Below the pieces are notes generated by a model. The model was given only the letters and a program-made list of their open reading frames with translations, did not search any database and was not told where the DNA came from. This document shows, piece by piece, positions 9,101 through 18,400 of a DNA stretch of 64,000 nt (position 1 is the first letter of the stretch; every line of letters begins with the position of its first letter). Location of the stretch: IMG/VR virus record IMGVR_UViG_3300001765_000069; one strand, written 5' to 3'. Source of the DNA: an uncultured virus (IMG/VR IMGVR_UViG_3300001765_000069) (lineage: Duplodnaviria; Heunggongvirae; Uroviricota; Caudoviricetes). Made by a program: the position numbers and the translations under genes.

Positions 9101-10790
9101 GATTGGACAGTTCGTTCATCATGTTACGGAATGCAGTACCTGCGGCTTGCCCCTTGATGTTACGTTCGGCTAGGACCACTAAGGCTGCTGCTGTCGTAGT
9201 CAGGTCAATGTCATACTGCTGGGCCACGCTGCTGGCCTGCTTCATCGACTCAGACATACCCTTCACACTCGTGATAGAGATCGCGGCCGCTTTAGCAATC
9301 ACATCTCCAATCTTTCCGATGTCCGATATCTGGAGATTGAACGCATACATGACGCCGGTAGCAGTTTCTGCAGCCTCGGCAAGGTTAGTTTCACCCATTG
9401 TGGCAAGCGCCATCATCCCTGGGAGAACCGACATCGATTCTGCAAGCTCAAGACCGGCCTGCGCCAGTATCCTCAGCCCTTGAGCCTGCTCCAGCGGAGC
9501 AAACATTGAACCCTGTGCCAGATTGATCAGCGCCTTCGACGCGGACTCAATGACCTCAGTGGTCTCCCCGGTAACAGACTTGACAAACGCCATCTGGTAT
9601 TCGAAGTCTTTGCCAGCGCTTACAGCCTCCTTCAGCGACGTTGCTATTGCGAAACCAGCTATCAACGGAACCATCTGCCCGTAAGTCATCCAGAGCCCGC
9701 CAAGTGCGCCTGACAGACCCCTGGCCATGTCATGGGCGTCCCTATTGGCAGAAGCGAAACTGCGAGTAGATGCAGCTGCGTGGGTCATAGCTGCAGAAGC
9801 ATTGCGTGCTGCAACTGCCTCCGCTTCCACAGCTGCAACAAGTGCTGCTACGTTCTTGCTGGCATGCAATGCAGCTTGACCGTACTTCTCAACGATGGCG
9901 GCATCAGTCAGGCCAAGTTTTGAGGCTTCCGCTGCCAGCGTGCCGGTACGCAACCTAGATGTCGCCGACGCGGTATTGAACGCGACATCCTTCCAGATCA
10001 ACGTCTGTGCAGCCGCAGCGGCCCGGTCCATCTCCAGTTTCTTGGCCAGTGCCATCTGGTGAAGCTCGACATCACGCGCTTGGCTTATTGCCGTGATCTC
10101 GTTGCGTTCCTTTTGCCGGATCTCCCACAAGGCCGTGTCCTGCGCTTGGAGAGCGAGTCGCTTGTCCGAGGCCATTTGGTACAGCTCGACATCACGCGCT
10201 TGGCCTATTGCCGTGATCTCGTTGCGTTCCTTTTGCCGGATCTCCCACAGAGCTACCTCTTGGGATTGCAAAGCCATCTGTTTCTGTAACTGCTCCTTCG
10301 CGTCAGCAGCAATACTGACCCCCGCGTTACGGAAGATGGAAACCATCTCCGTGCCGGTAGTAGAGACAGTCTCCACAAGCTTTAGCAGGTCTCCGTTCAC
10401 AGACTTAAACGCAACCTTCGTGCCGTCTGTAAGTGCTAACGAGAACGACCCAGCGAACTGCTTCACCTCTGAATCAGCTTGCTTGATGTGCTCTTTTATT
10501 TTCTTGAACGACTGTGCCGCGCCTTGGCCAGCTTCAGAAGCAGACTTGGACACCTTCCCCAACTCGACATTCAACTGCTCGACCTGAGTTTTAAGGGCGG
10601 AGTTCTCTGTCTTGAACTTGGCCATCTCCCGATTAAGCTCGGCAAACCCGTCGAGCTTGTTAAGCATCGCCTGTAGGCTTGACAGGCTGGACTCAACAAC
10701 CTTCAGCTTTGCCTCAAGATTGCCTACCTCAGTGACAGCTGTAGTCGTGCTTACCGCCAGCGTTAGGGTTGCTGCTACATCAGACATCAC
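6198..10790 (-). CDS. Tail tape measure protein (TP901-type core, lambda-like C-terminus)
   Basis: 1530 aa, Ala-rich and helical. AGTAFRNM core; C-terminal GKLDFKSMADSII and MGEAGPEAIMPL. Confidence 0.95.
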   Translation of the reverse strand: MMSDVAATLTLAVSTTTAVTEVGNLEAKLKVVESSLSSLQAMLNKLDGFAELNREMAKFKTENSALKTQVEQLNVELGKVSKSASEAGQGAAQSFKKIKEHIKQADSEVKQFAGSFSLALTDGTKVAFKSVNGDLLKLVETVSTTGTEMVSIFRNAGVSIAADAKEQLQKQMALQSQEVALWEIRQKERNEITAIGQARDVELYQMASDKRLALQAQDTALWEIRQKERNEITAISQARDVELHQMALAKKLEMDRAAAAAQTLIWKDVAFNTASATSRLRTGTLAAEASKLGLTDAAIVEKYGQAALHASKNVAALVAAVEAEAVAARNASAAMTHAAASTRSFASANRDAHDMARGLSGALGGLWMTYGQMVPLIAGFAIATSLKEAVSAGKDFEYQMAFVKSVTGETTEVIESASKALINLAQGSMFAPLEQAQGLRILAQAGLELAESMSVLPGMMALATMGETNLAEAAETATGVMYAFNLQISDIGKIGDVIAKAAAISITSVKGMSESMKQASSVAQQYDIDLTTTAAALVVLAERNIKGQAAGTAFRNMMNELSNPTEKAQRAFKALGLNMYESDGRAKSVTKVMSELRVSLKDYDKQSQNLLTSSIFGERGNKAAQAILARTAEGWRELMKEIDDSGGFLTKSMIELSDTVEGKFRNLGAVYHATMKTAYESTKPYVIGFVDSLKSALNSSEMKDALVGVSTAIVKVMKLLVDNFNLIKIVAQSWLLFHAGRIVMATIIPVVTGVIAAFTFLRTATLASLAAQVGLSAAYATGSGLMASYGVAGGLAAGGVLSLGAALTATRSAAIAMNTALLANPVGWVTVVVGGLTAAIILLMQAKRDLNAETKKAIDHSGQVGSIFRREGDAVLENIRLLEEELGYRKAINQEKLDSAKSALAVSDKQLKAATEAKSGWQEGQRLVSRGVSIDSNIKEVAAYKNLLVQKKANELAHGELTVLQAANRRKDALQIEANNARKAKKPASGTKTITPDELKAFGKQSKSDPVQTLIDSMVKYNEVTNEAIENQGHLTASEKKLAGFEADRTKLIGTATAAQKSRMAAELELVAASAKLERKNYDMAAATKAFTDQSDLKIKSLDTEADKYRALVVEQAAAGDIGEFSAALLTENSLRGQLADTLEVQVTAMERLERELAGIGNRDATRTDALVKEMLTREQSITTLNNETEAVIANANAKREKAFTREMRKSDEKLTSLNAQSATEVKKLANKSAPMTANQAAMSSARIDAEGKYASEIAAKIESLRGLTAEYDQLQDSILGSNEVTAWSLELHDQGIDEINGTVAALVKLQEAQTAAGASAAAAANTGDDMLSGIRKGLEQYSNTTVDIAKVTADGVAGAFKGMEDALVSFTQTGKLDFKSMADSIISDMIRMMIQQSITKPLAMMATSFFGFAQGGVPGGVSAWRNQIVNKPTLFAFANGGVMGEAGPEAIMPLTRGPDGNLGVRAQGGGRSEEGMQVTMNFNIDATGADAGTVARLQSAVTNISANLKPAAIAAVREAMLRNRTSPSF
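10063..10249. repeat. 67-bp direct repeat (120-bp period) inside the tape measure gene
   Basis: 10063-10129 and 10183-10249 differ at one base. They encode a duplicated LWEIRQKERNEITAIxQARDVEL segment. Confidence 0.9.
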
Positions 10791-11107
10791 TTGTTCCTCT
10801 TGACATAGTCATCCAGCCACATGCCGTCTAGGGTCTGGATCACTCGCATGAACCGTTCCCCGTGGCACACCCCAACAACCTGCAGCAAAGCAAAAATCTC
10901 ACTGATCTGAATGGGCAGCGGCCCGTTCATCCCGATGCTGCGACTGCTACTCAACGCGTTGAAAGCGTTGATGTAACCCGCCGCAAACTCAGTCAGGATA
11001 GGCTTGTCTTCGAGGGCTTTCGGCTGAATCCCGTTGGACTCGGCTAACTCAAGTAGGAACTTCTCTTGTTGACCCCACTTGAGATGCCACTCGAAGAAGT
11101 CTGTCAG
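10787..11107 (-). CDS. Tail assembly chaperone gpT part, reached by -1 frameshift
   Basis: Open frame LTDFFEWHLKWGQ...SSSRSIGMNGPLPIQISEI...KRNK* lacks an upstream start. It begins at the slippery A AAA AAC (11113-11107) at the end of gpG. Confidence 0.85.
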   Translation of the reverse strand: MTDFFEWHLKWGQQEKFLLELAESNGIQPKALEDKPILTEFAAGYINAFNALSSSRSIGMNGPLPIQISEIFALLQVVGVCHGERFMRVIQTLDGMWLDDYVKRNK

Positions 11108-11499
11108 TTTTTTACTTCTTCGGCCTCTTTCTTGACCTTGAAAGCGTCGATGTCGTCTGCCAGTTCCATCACCTTGCGACGGAAGTCCTTGTGTGCAAGT
11201 AGGATCTTTGCGTTGTCCTTGGTGTAGTCCATCGTCTTGCCCTGATACCCAATGCCAGTCCAGCCCAGCAGGATGGTCTCGGCGATACAGTCGATCATCA
11301 AGGTGTCGGACAGCTTGTCCGCTGCGTCGTCCTTGCGGTCGAGCAACTTCTGGTTGCGCTCATACAGCTTGGAGAGCTTGCGAGCAAACTTCTTGTTGCC
11401 GGATCGGGCGATCAGCAGTTTGGCATCGCCATACTCCATCTCGACGCCATCGGTCTCGGCAGTTTCGTCAGTCGCAAATTCGGCAAAAATATCCAGCAT
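11104..11499 (-). CDS. Tail assembly chaperone (gpG-like)
   Basis: Between tail tube and tape measure. ETILLGWTGI motif. Ends GTA AAA AAC TGA. Confidence 0.85.
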   Translation of the reverse strand: MLDIFAEFATDETAETDGVEMEYGDAKLLIARSGNKKFARKLSKLYERNQKLLDRKDDAADKLSDTLMIDCIAETILLGWTGIGYQGKTMDYTKDNAKILLAHKDFRRKVMELADDIDAFKVKKEAEEVKN

Positions 11500-11549
11500 G
11501 ATGGTGAAGCTCCTATGAGTCTATGAACTAAAAAGTGTCAACTTGAAGC

Positions 11550-11567
11550 GGAGGGCCGAAGCCCTCC
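11550..11567 (-). terminator. GC-rich hairpin after the tail tube gene
   Basis: GGAGGGC-TTCG-GCCCTCC on the minus strand; the U tract is weak. Confidence 0.5.
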
Positions 11568-11573
11568 AGGGTC

Positions 11574-12818
11574 TTACACGCCGTTGCCGACGCGATCGAT
11601 AATGATGGTCTTGCCAGTGACCGGATCCATCAGGGCGGTGAACGGCATCGACAGCATCGCATCAGAGTTCAGCGAACCGCCAGTTATCTTGGCGTCAGAG
11701 AACTTGACCTTCGGAAGCTGGAAGACGTAGCCGTTACCTGCTCCGTCCACTGCGCTCCAGGAGACGCTGGAAGCCGTATTGTCGATGAACTTGTCGTACA
11801 TTGTGCCGTCCGTCAAGTAGACTTCCATCGTGCCGCTGACCATGATGGTGCCAGAACCGATGCCTGCCGCTCCGAGGGTGCCGATGGCATCCTGCACACG
11901 CAGAGCATTGTCGATGTCCAGCGTCAGAGACTTGATGCTGGTGCCAGTCAACGCCGCGCCGTTCTCGTACACGTTGCCCACACCTGTCACGGCATTCATG
12001 ATGTCGTAGGTATATGAGGCCGTCGGCGTGCCCATCAAGGTCGTGGCAGGGTCGTTTCGAATGCCGTCCTTGCCGATGAAGTCGAAGCTGCCGGAGGCAA
12101 TCGCTCCGGAACTGAACGACAACGACATCTTGTTGGCACACATGCCACGGAAGGTGAAGAACTGCGTGATGTCCGCATGCTTGCGTTCAATGGAGAACGA
12201 GGGGCGGATGACGCCGTTGGACAAGCGGAAGGTGTTCAGCTTGACGGCAGCGCCGCCTGCACCAGTTATGGCTGTGAAAGGGGTGCCTTCGAAGGTCAGG
12301 ATCGTAGAGGTCGGAGCAACAGTCTTCGACACCTGCACCAGAATGTTCTGTAGCGCATTGCTGGAGCCGCTGACACGAACCCACTGACCCTTGGCCAGAT
12401 TGGTGAAGATGCTGGAACCAGACGTCGCAGCGCCGGCAGTCAACGTACCAGCGGCGAAGATGGCTGACGTCGGGATCACAGCACCCACCCCATCTGTACC
12501 CCACGCAGTACCCGCACCGCCGGCCCAGGTTGTCTGCACGCCCCAGTCACCCTGCAGCGCGGCTTCGATGAAGTTGTCGTACTCGCGGTAGGACAATTCG
12601 AACGGAATGGCGCCGGCCGCGCTGGCGCCAGTCAGAACCAGATCGGTGGTCTGACGATCAGAGCGGACCTCTTTCGAGGTGTCGGTCGAGATAGAAAAGG
12701 CCAAACCAGCGGTGTCGGTGCAGCGCAGGTTTTTACCGTTACCACCCGGCGTCACACCGAAGGAAACTTCGGTCTTGAAGGCCAGTTGGGTCAAATTTGC
12801 AGAGGCGAAATCAGGCAT
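11574..12818 (-). CDS. Major tail tube protein
   Basis: SKEVRSDRQ, SFSIERKHADI and YVFQLPKVKF motifs of Phage_tube_2-like proteins; synteny. Confidence 0.88.
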   Translation of the reverse strand: MPDFASANLTQLAFKTEVSFGVTPGGNGKNLRCTDTAGLAFSISTDTSKEVRSDRQTTDLVLTGASAAGAIPFELSYREYDNFIEAALQGDWGVQTTWAGGAGTAWGTDGVGAVIPTSAIFAAGTLTAGAATSGSSIFTNLAKGQWVRVSGSSNALQNILVQVSKTVAPTSTILTFEGTPFTAITGAGGAAVKLNTFRLSNGVIRPSFSIERKHADITQFFTFRGMCANKMSLSFSSGAIASGSFDFIGKDGIRNDPATTLMGTPTASYTYDIMNAVTGVGNVYENGAALTGTSIKSLTLDIDNALRVQDAIGTLGAAGIGSGTIMVSGTMEVYLTDGTMYDKFIDNTASSVSWSAVDGAGNGYVFQLPKVKFSDAKITGGSLNSDAMLSMPFTALMDPVTGKTIIIDRVGNGV

Positions 12819-12894
12819 AGCAGTGTCCTTTCAGAAGGCTATCGCGATACTACCAGATAAGCTGAGTTAATGTGCCTATCAAAAAATTAAATGG

Positions 12895-13299
12895 CTAGTC
12901 GTGAAACCAGAATGGCACGCACCAATCCTGGAAATACCAGCCGTCGTGGGACTCTTTCCTACCCGGGTAGGGCACCGCAAACTGCAGCTGGCCGGACGAG
13001 AAATGCTTGAGTTCGTTGTTGATGGTGTTGGCCCGGGTCAGCAGCGCAGAGGTGCCAGTACCCTTGCGCTGCGCGTGCGTGAAGCACAATTCGCCAGCAT
13101 GCCGGGTGATCGGCGTCTCACCCATCTCAGCCTGCTTGGAATTGTTGATATCCATGCGGACTCTGACGAAGGCGTCCCCCACCTCGGCAATCGGAATCGC
13201 ATCGCTGTTCTCGTAGAACGCCGGCAGCGTCGGCAGATTGGTGGAGAGCACATCTGCCACCTTGGTCATCATTGCCACTCGGGCTTGTTCCGGACTCAT
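12895..13299 (-). CDS. Tail terminator/completion protein
   Basis: Position before the tube gene; GTGT motif; C-terminal VPFWFHD. Confidence 0.65.
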   Translation of the reverse strand: MSPEQARVAMMTKVADVLSTNLPTLPAFYENSDAIPIAEVGDAFVRVRMDINNSKQAEMGETPITRHAGELCFTHAQRKGTGTSALLTRANTINNELKHFSSGQLQFAVPYPGRKESHDGWYFQDWCVPFWFHD

Positions 13300-13814
13300 A
13301 CCCAACCTCCAATAGTTTTGCTGGCCAAGTTATGGGCCAGCGTTTTGCCGATCACCAGTGGCAAGTCTGCCTGTATCGCCGACATCACTCGCTGCGACAC
13401 GTAGCCGGCATTACCGTCACGAAACTTGATTTCATTGTTGTCAACCATCACCGCGTAGTAGTCCTCGTGGTGCGCAGTGTTACTGATGTAAGCCACCTGG
13501 CCCAGCGTGTTGAACGCTTTGTCTTTGCCCACGTTGTCCTGCATGGTGTGATTGATCGCCGGCATCATGTACATGATGAACGAGTTGGTTTCGGTGTGGG
13601 CCTGGTCAAGTAGATCCAGTTCGTCAAACGACGTGTCCGGAGTGCCAACGCTGTACTTCCAGTTGCCGGCCATGTCGCCGGAGAACTGCGGCGAGAAGGT
13701 GGCAGCATACTCAAGCATCTCGATCGAGATGCCACGCGCCACGCCGACAGCTAGCTTGCTAGAACTCAGCAGCCAAGCGTCGATCGCCGCTTTGAACTGT
13801 GTCATATCGCTCAT
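13296..13814 (-). CDS. Neck/tail completion protein (HK97 gp10-like)
   Basis: SPQFSGDMAGNW and YISNTA motifs; synteny. Confidence 0.6.
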   Translation of the reverse strand: MSDMTQFKAAIDAWLLSSSKLAVGVARGISIEMLEYAATFSPQFSGDMAGNWKYSVGTPDTSFDELDLLDQAHTETNSFIMYMMPAINHTMQDNVGKDKAFNTLGQVAYISNTAHHEDYYAVMVDNNEIKFRDGNAGYVSQRVMSAIQADLPLVIGKTLAHNLASKTIGGWV

Positions 13815-14650
13815 ACGCGCCTCACGTGCAGGTGCCACACGCCGCCGACATCATAGAAGTCGTCCACTCTCCGGTCACCGTCAGCCAGGTGAATCACATC
13901 ACCGGTAGTTGGTGCAGGTACGGCTGCAGCAGCCACCATCAACACGTCGTCACCCTCGGCGTACTTGGCAGCCAGCGAGTTGAGGTATTCAAAGCTACTC
14001 TGCCAGCGCAGACGCAGCACTTTCACTGTGACCACCGTAGTCGTGTGGCTGTCGCTGATAGGGTTGTACGTCCGCTTGTCATAGATGGCCGTTTCGAAGT
14101 TCGGCGCGTCGATCTGATCAACTTCCGTGTCCAGAAACCCTGACGCTGTCGCGTAGACCAGCCGCACAAAGAACCAGTCGGTGCCAAGTTTGATCAAGTC
14201 TTTTGGCGCCAGCATCTCTCCGTTAGTGAAGTAGACGTTAAGTCGGCTGGTGGCATCTGATGACTCGTCCACCTCCTTCGTGCTCTTCAGCCAGACTTTC
14301 GCGGCGTAAGCTGACATCCCAGGACTATTAGTTAGTTCCTGCAAAATTGTCTTGATTTCTGCCAGACCGTCTGCGCGTTGGATAATGTATTGCGCCCGGA
14401 TCGGGGAAGCGTGGAAGAAGTCGTAGGCTGGCAGATGTGAGACTAGGTAGGCTTCGCCGTTGATGGTCACAACTCCACGGGTCGGCAGGATTACGCCCGG
14501 ACCCACCGACAGGATGCGGCGCACAGCAGTGATACCGTCGCGCTTGACATCGTCGTATAAGTCCATCTGCCCGAGGACGTCAGCGTCAACGCCGTAGGCG
14601 TCAGACACCACCAGCTTGTCGAAATAGCGTGCAGCGTCAGAAAGTTTCAT
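13811..14650 (-). CDS. Putative head closure/head-tail joining protein
   Basis: 279-aa beta-rich ORF coupled between adaptor and neck genes. Function inferred from synteny only. Confidence 0.5.
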   Translation of the reverse strand: MKLSDAARYFDKLVVSDAYGVDADVLGQMDLYDDVKRDGITAVRRILSVGPGVILPTRGVVTINGEAYLVSHLPAYDFFHASPIRAQYIIQRADGLAEIKTILQELTNSPGMSAYAAKVWLKSTKEVDESSDATSRLNVYFTNGEMLAPKDLIKLGTDWFFVRLVYATASGFLDTEVDQIDAPNFETAIYDKRTYNPISDSHTTTVVTVKVLRLRWQSSFEYLNSLAAKYAEGDDVLMVAAAAVPAPTTGDVIHLADGDRRVDDFYDVGGVWHLHVRRV

Positions 14651-15462
14651 TCGATCACCGGATCTTTATCAGGGCTGGACACACCGAAGAACACCAGCGG
14701 GATATCGGAGGCCACCGTGCTGTTCAAGGTCGACAAGGCGCCTGCAAGTGCGTTCCTAGCACTCTCGTATTGCTTCTCCACCTGCATCAGCACGCTCTTA
14801 TACGGGCCATCGGAGAATCTGGTAAACCCTGCTTTCCCGTCGGTGATTGCTTTCGGCGCCATCATCGCTAGAGATGTTCCCAGGTGTCGTGCTACGGCAT
14901 AGGTAGCGAACAACGCTACGTTCGACAACACACGCTTCTGCTGCTTCGTCCGCGAGGCTGGCGCAATTGCGCCGATAATACTCACGGTGTCGGTGATGTC
15001 TTCGGTCAACGACAAGTCGTCGGCCAGTGCTTGCATCTCACCTTCAAGGTGGTTGCCGTACATTGGCAGTCCTAGTGTGGTATCGCTGACTTCCTCGTCG
15101 GACACACCGAGTGCGGCACGCACTTCATCGAAGCTGGTGTAGTCGGTGATGGCCAGGGCTCCGGTGCTCGCTGACCCGTAGTCAACCGGCATCGACGTCA
15201 CTAGCACGTAGGTATTTGTTCCTGCGGTGGCCACACACCTGAAGTCGTAGCGGCAGCCTGGCTGACCCTCGCCAACTCTCTGCTGCGCCATCTTGCCGGT
15301 GAACGTCGCGGCACCAATCAGCATGGCCGAAGGATTGGCGTCAGTGCCGCTGACCAACTCAATGGTGACCGCGGCAGCCGTCAGATCCGATGTAGCATCC
15401 GGAAAATTGAAGTCCACCAGGAAGTTCTCACTGGGATCCTTTTTTGACCAACTCGCACTCAT
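14647..15462 (-). CDS. Head-tail adaptor with an extra N-terminal KDP-type fibre-adaptor domain
   Basis: N-terminus WSKKDPSE...DF...GCRYDFRCVAT. C-terminal YTSFDEVRAALGVS is connector-like. Confidence 0.55.
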   Translation of the reverse strand: MSASWSKKDPSENFLVDFNFPDATSDLTAAAVTIELVSGTDANPSAMLIGAATFTGKMAQQRVGEGQPGCRYDFRCVATAGTNTYVLVTSMPVDYGSASTGALAITDYTSFDEVRAALGVSDEEVSDTTLGLPMYGNHLEGEMQALADDLSLTEDITDTVSIIGAIAPASRTKQQKRVLSNVALFATYAVARHLGTSLAMMAPKAITDGKAGFTRFSDGPYKSVLMQVEKQYESARNALAGALSTLNSTVASDIPLVFFGVSSPDKDPVIE

Positions 15463-18400
15463 CAAATTCTCCTTGGCTTAACAGCCGAATAATTGCTTGA
15501 CAGTTTAACGGCAGTTGGGGTCGGCGTGGCCGACGAAGACAACGATTTTGAATCTGCCGCAGCGTCCATAGACTTGATCAGCGAAGAACCATACTTTCTC
15601 GGACCTGCCTCAACTGAATTGTCTGGACTTTGCAGGTTTTCTTTTACGTCCTGGACGTGCTCTGCATAACGGTTACCATACTCCACTGCCATATAAACCG
15701 TGCCAGATGCCGAGAGTGTTACCTGACCAGTCAATACCTCAACTTCAGCCTCCACACTCAGTCTGACAGCGGATATAACGCTGGCACCAAGCAGCGTAAT
15801 GTCTGCGAAGGAATCAATCCTTAATGTGGACTCAGATGTAACAGCGGCATCGTCCAGCTGAGAAACCATTCCGGAGGCAGAGCCAGCAACACCAGTCCCA
15901 ACAACAACGGCATCACTTAGGGCAACGGACAGTCCACCGTTAACTGCGATGGTAGCCGCCGCCGACAGAACCGCATCTTCAAGGTTGGTCGCTGCTTCCG
16001 ACGCTGCTACCACGCTGCCGGTTGCGTCAACTTCCGCGCCGTGTAATTGAACTGCCGCGCTTGCTTTGATCGCCACCGCTGCCGTTGCTGCAAGCGCTGC
16101 GTCGGTCAGTTGCGAGGCGGACTCCGCTCCAACCGAGGCGTCAGCGTCAGACCCGCAAGATGCGTCCCCCAATGTGATGCCAGCCATTGCCGACAACAGA
16201 ACAGACGACTGCGACGATAGGGCTGTGCCATCCAGGTAGGGCGCTACGCTGCCCGCCAGCCTCAACACCCCGTCAGAACTTATGCCCGCATCTTCTAGCT
16301 GTGAAGCACTCTCCGCACCCAGTTCAAAATCAGCACCAGAGGAAACCGTAGCATCATCCAACGTCACGCCGACCGCTGCCGATACCAGGATGACGGATTG
16401 AGCCGAAACCGCGGCCGCGCTCAGAGCGGCTGACAACGCCGCCTTAACCTTCAAAGCACCGGCTGAAACAACGCTCGCATCGGCCAGTGCTACGGCGGTA
16501 GTGCCAGTCACGTCCAACCCGGCAGAGGGCGATGACGTCACATCCCCCAGCACTGCAGACACTCCACCAGACAGACTCAGAGTGCCGGCAGAGACAATAC
16601 CCGCGTCATCCAGGATGACATTCAGGACGGGGAATATCTCGCCGCTACTGCTTGCCAAACAGGTTACGTTTGCAAGTGTCTTGTTTAGCTGGCCTGACAG
16701 CGAAACTCTGCCAGCGGAAGTCGAGGTGACTGCGCCTGTTTGTGCGGTTACAGCGGCGTGCAGTGGCAACAGTCCAGTGGCTACAATCCCAACCTGTCCC
16801 AGTGTTGCGGAAAGCGTTGCCAGACTTGGCGCGGAAGCTACAGAAGACAGGCTCACGCTGCCAAGGTGGACCTCGACCGCGCCTTTTACCGCAGTCTTCG
16901 CGGTCGCTGCCAAGGATGCCGGTGACAACGCGCCAGAAGCCAGCGCGGCAAGATCAATCTCAGACGATGAAGCGGTAGAGGCGTTGCCAAGCTGGGTTGA
17001 CAGCACAGCTTTAACCAGAGCGCCACCGGCAGCGGACAGCGAGGCGGACAGCGTACTCGCTGCATTGGCTTTGATTGTCAGCGTGCCAGCCGCATAGGAT
17101 ACCGCGCCGGCAAGTGCGCCAGACGACTCTCCGGTAACGATTAAGCGGGCAGAAGCAACTACAGACGCGCCGACAAGTGTGATAGATAGGTCCGCGTCGA
17201 TGCGGTTGGTGCCGGTGATAGAAACCGATGCGTCAGCCAGGTTTGCCGACAACTGCCCATTGATTGCCGGGTTTGCCGTTGCGGCGAGCGTTGCCGGCCC
17301 GGTCGTTGCCGTTGTCGTTGCACGAACAGCCAGCCCCGCCGTTGCAGTGACGTAGATGCCTGCAAGTTGGCCCGACGTCAATGCCACGATATCTATATCA
17401 CTTGTGGATTGGCTAACCGCATTGCCAAGTACACTTGCAGAGTCAGCACTGACCATCAATTTGGTGGCAGAAGACGCGACAACTTGCCCAAGCGTTACGC
17501 TGACAACCCCGCTGCGAGTAGAGAATCCGGCCGAGGTGACCGATGCCTCTACGAGTGTCTGGGAGAGTGCGGCGTTTCTCTTGGACGATCCAGAAGCGGA
17601 GATACCCGCCGAGTCGAGCGCCTTGTTTACGCCAGCCTTAATCCGCAGCAAGCTGGGTGCTGCCAAGCCGGCATGATCAAGTGACTTCATCACTGTCGCG
17701 TGCGCGGGTGCTACCCCTGCAGCGGACAGGTCGGCATTCGACAGGGTCGCAGCCCAACCTGCTTTGACGCCAATCTTGGTGGCAGAACTGAGGCTGGCCC
17801 AGCTCAATTGACCTGCCGTCAGCGCCGACAGGTCGATATCACTCGATGACGAGGATGTCGCATTACCTGTGGTGAGACTGGTCGCTGCCTTGATCGATAC
17901 CTTGCCAGACGAAGCCAGCGTTGCCGGCCCAAGTGCCGCAGAGACAACTGAATTCCGTGGTGACAACCCAGAGGCAGCAAGAACCGCATCGCCCAGCGAC
18001 TTGCCAACGGTGGCACTGACGCGGACGGTGGCTGTGGATGCAAACGACGCGCCAGCGAGTGTGTGCGTAGCCGTCGCCTTGATCTGGGCTTTCGAGGTGG
18101 AAGCAAGGCCAGCAGCATCTAGTGTCTGCGTGCAGACTGCTCTTGCTGGTGCGGTGCTTTGAGAGACTATCGTTGCGGCGTCGAGTGCTTTAACGCAAAT
18201 CGCTTTGACTGCGAGCTTTGCAGCGGAAACCAGACTGGCCGCGCCAAGTTGACCCGAAGTGAGTCCAGTCAGGTAAACATCGGAGGATGAGGAAGAAGTG
18301 ACATTGGCAAGCGTCGATGCTGAAGCTGCCTTGATCGAAACCTTGCCTTGAGCAGAACTAGAAGCCGGCGCAAGCGTGGTGGTGACTACGCCATTGTTAA

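Noticed and set aside
10063..10249. Near-identical repeat pair as a DGR template/variable region
   Set aside because: In-frame tandem duplication inside the tape measure with a single mismatch; no reverse transcriptase in the window.
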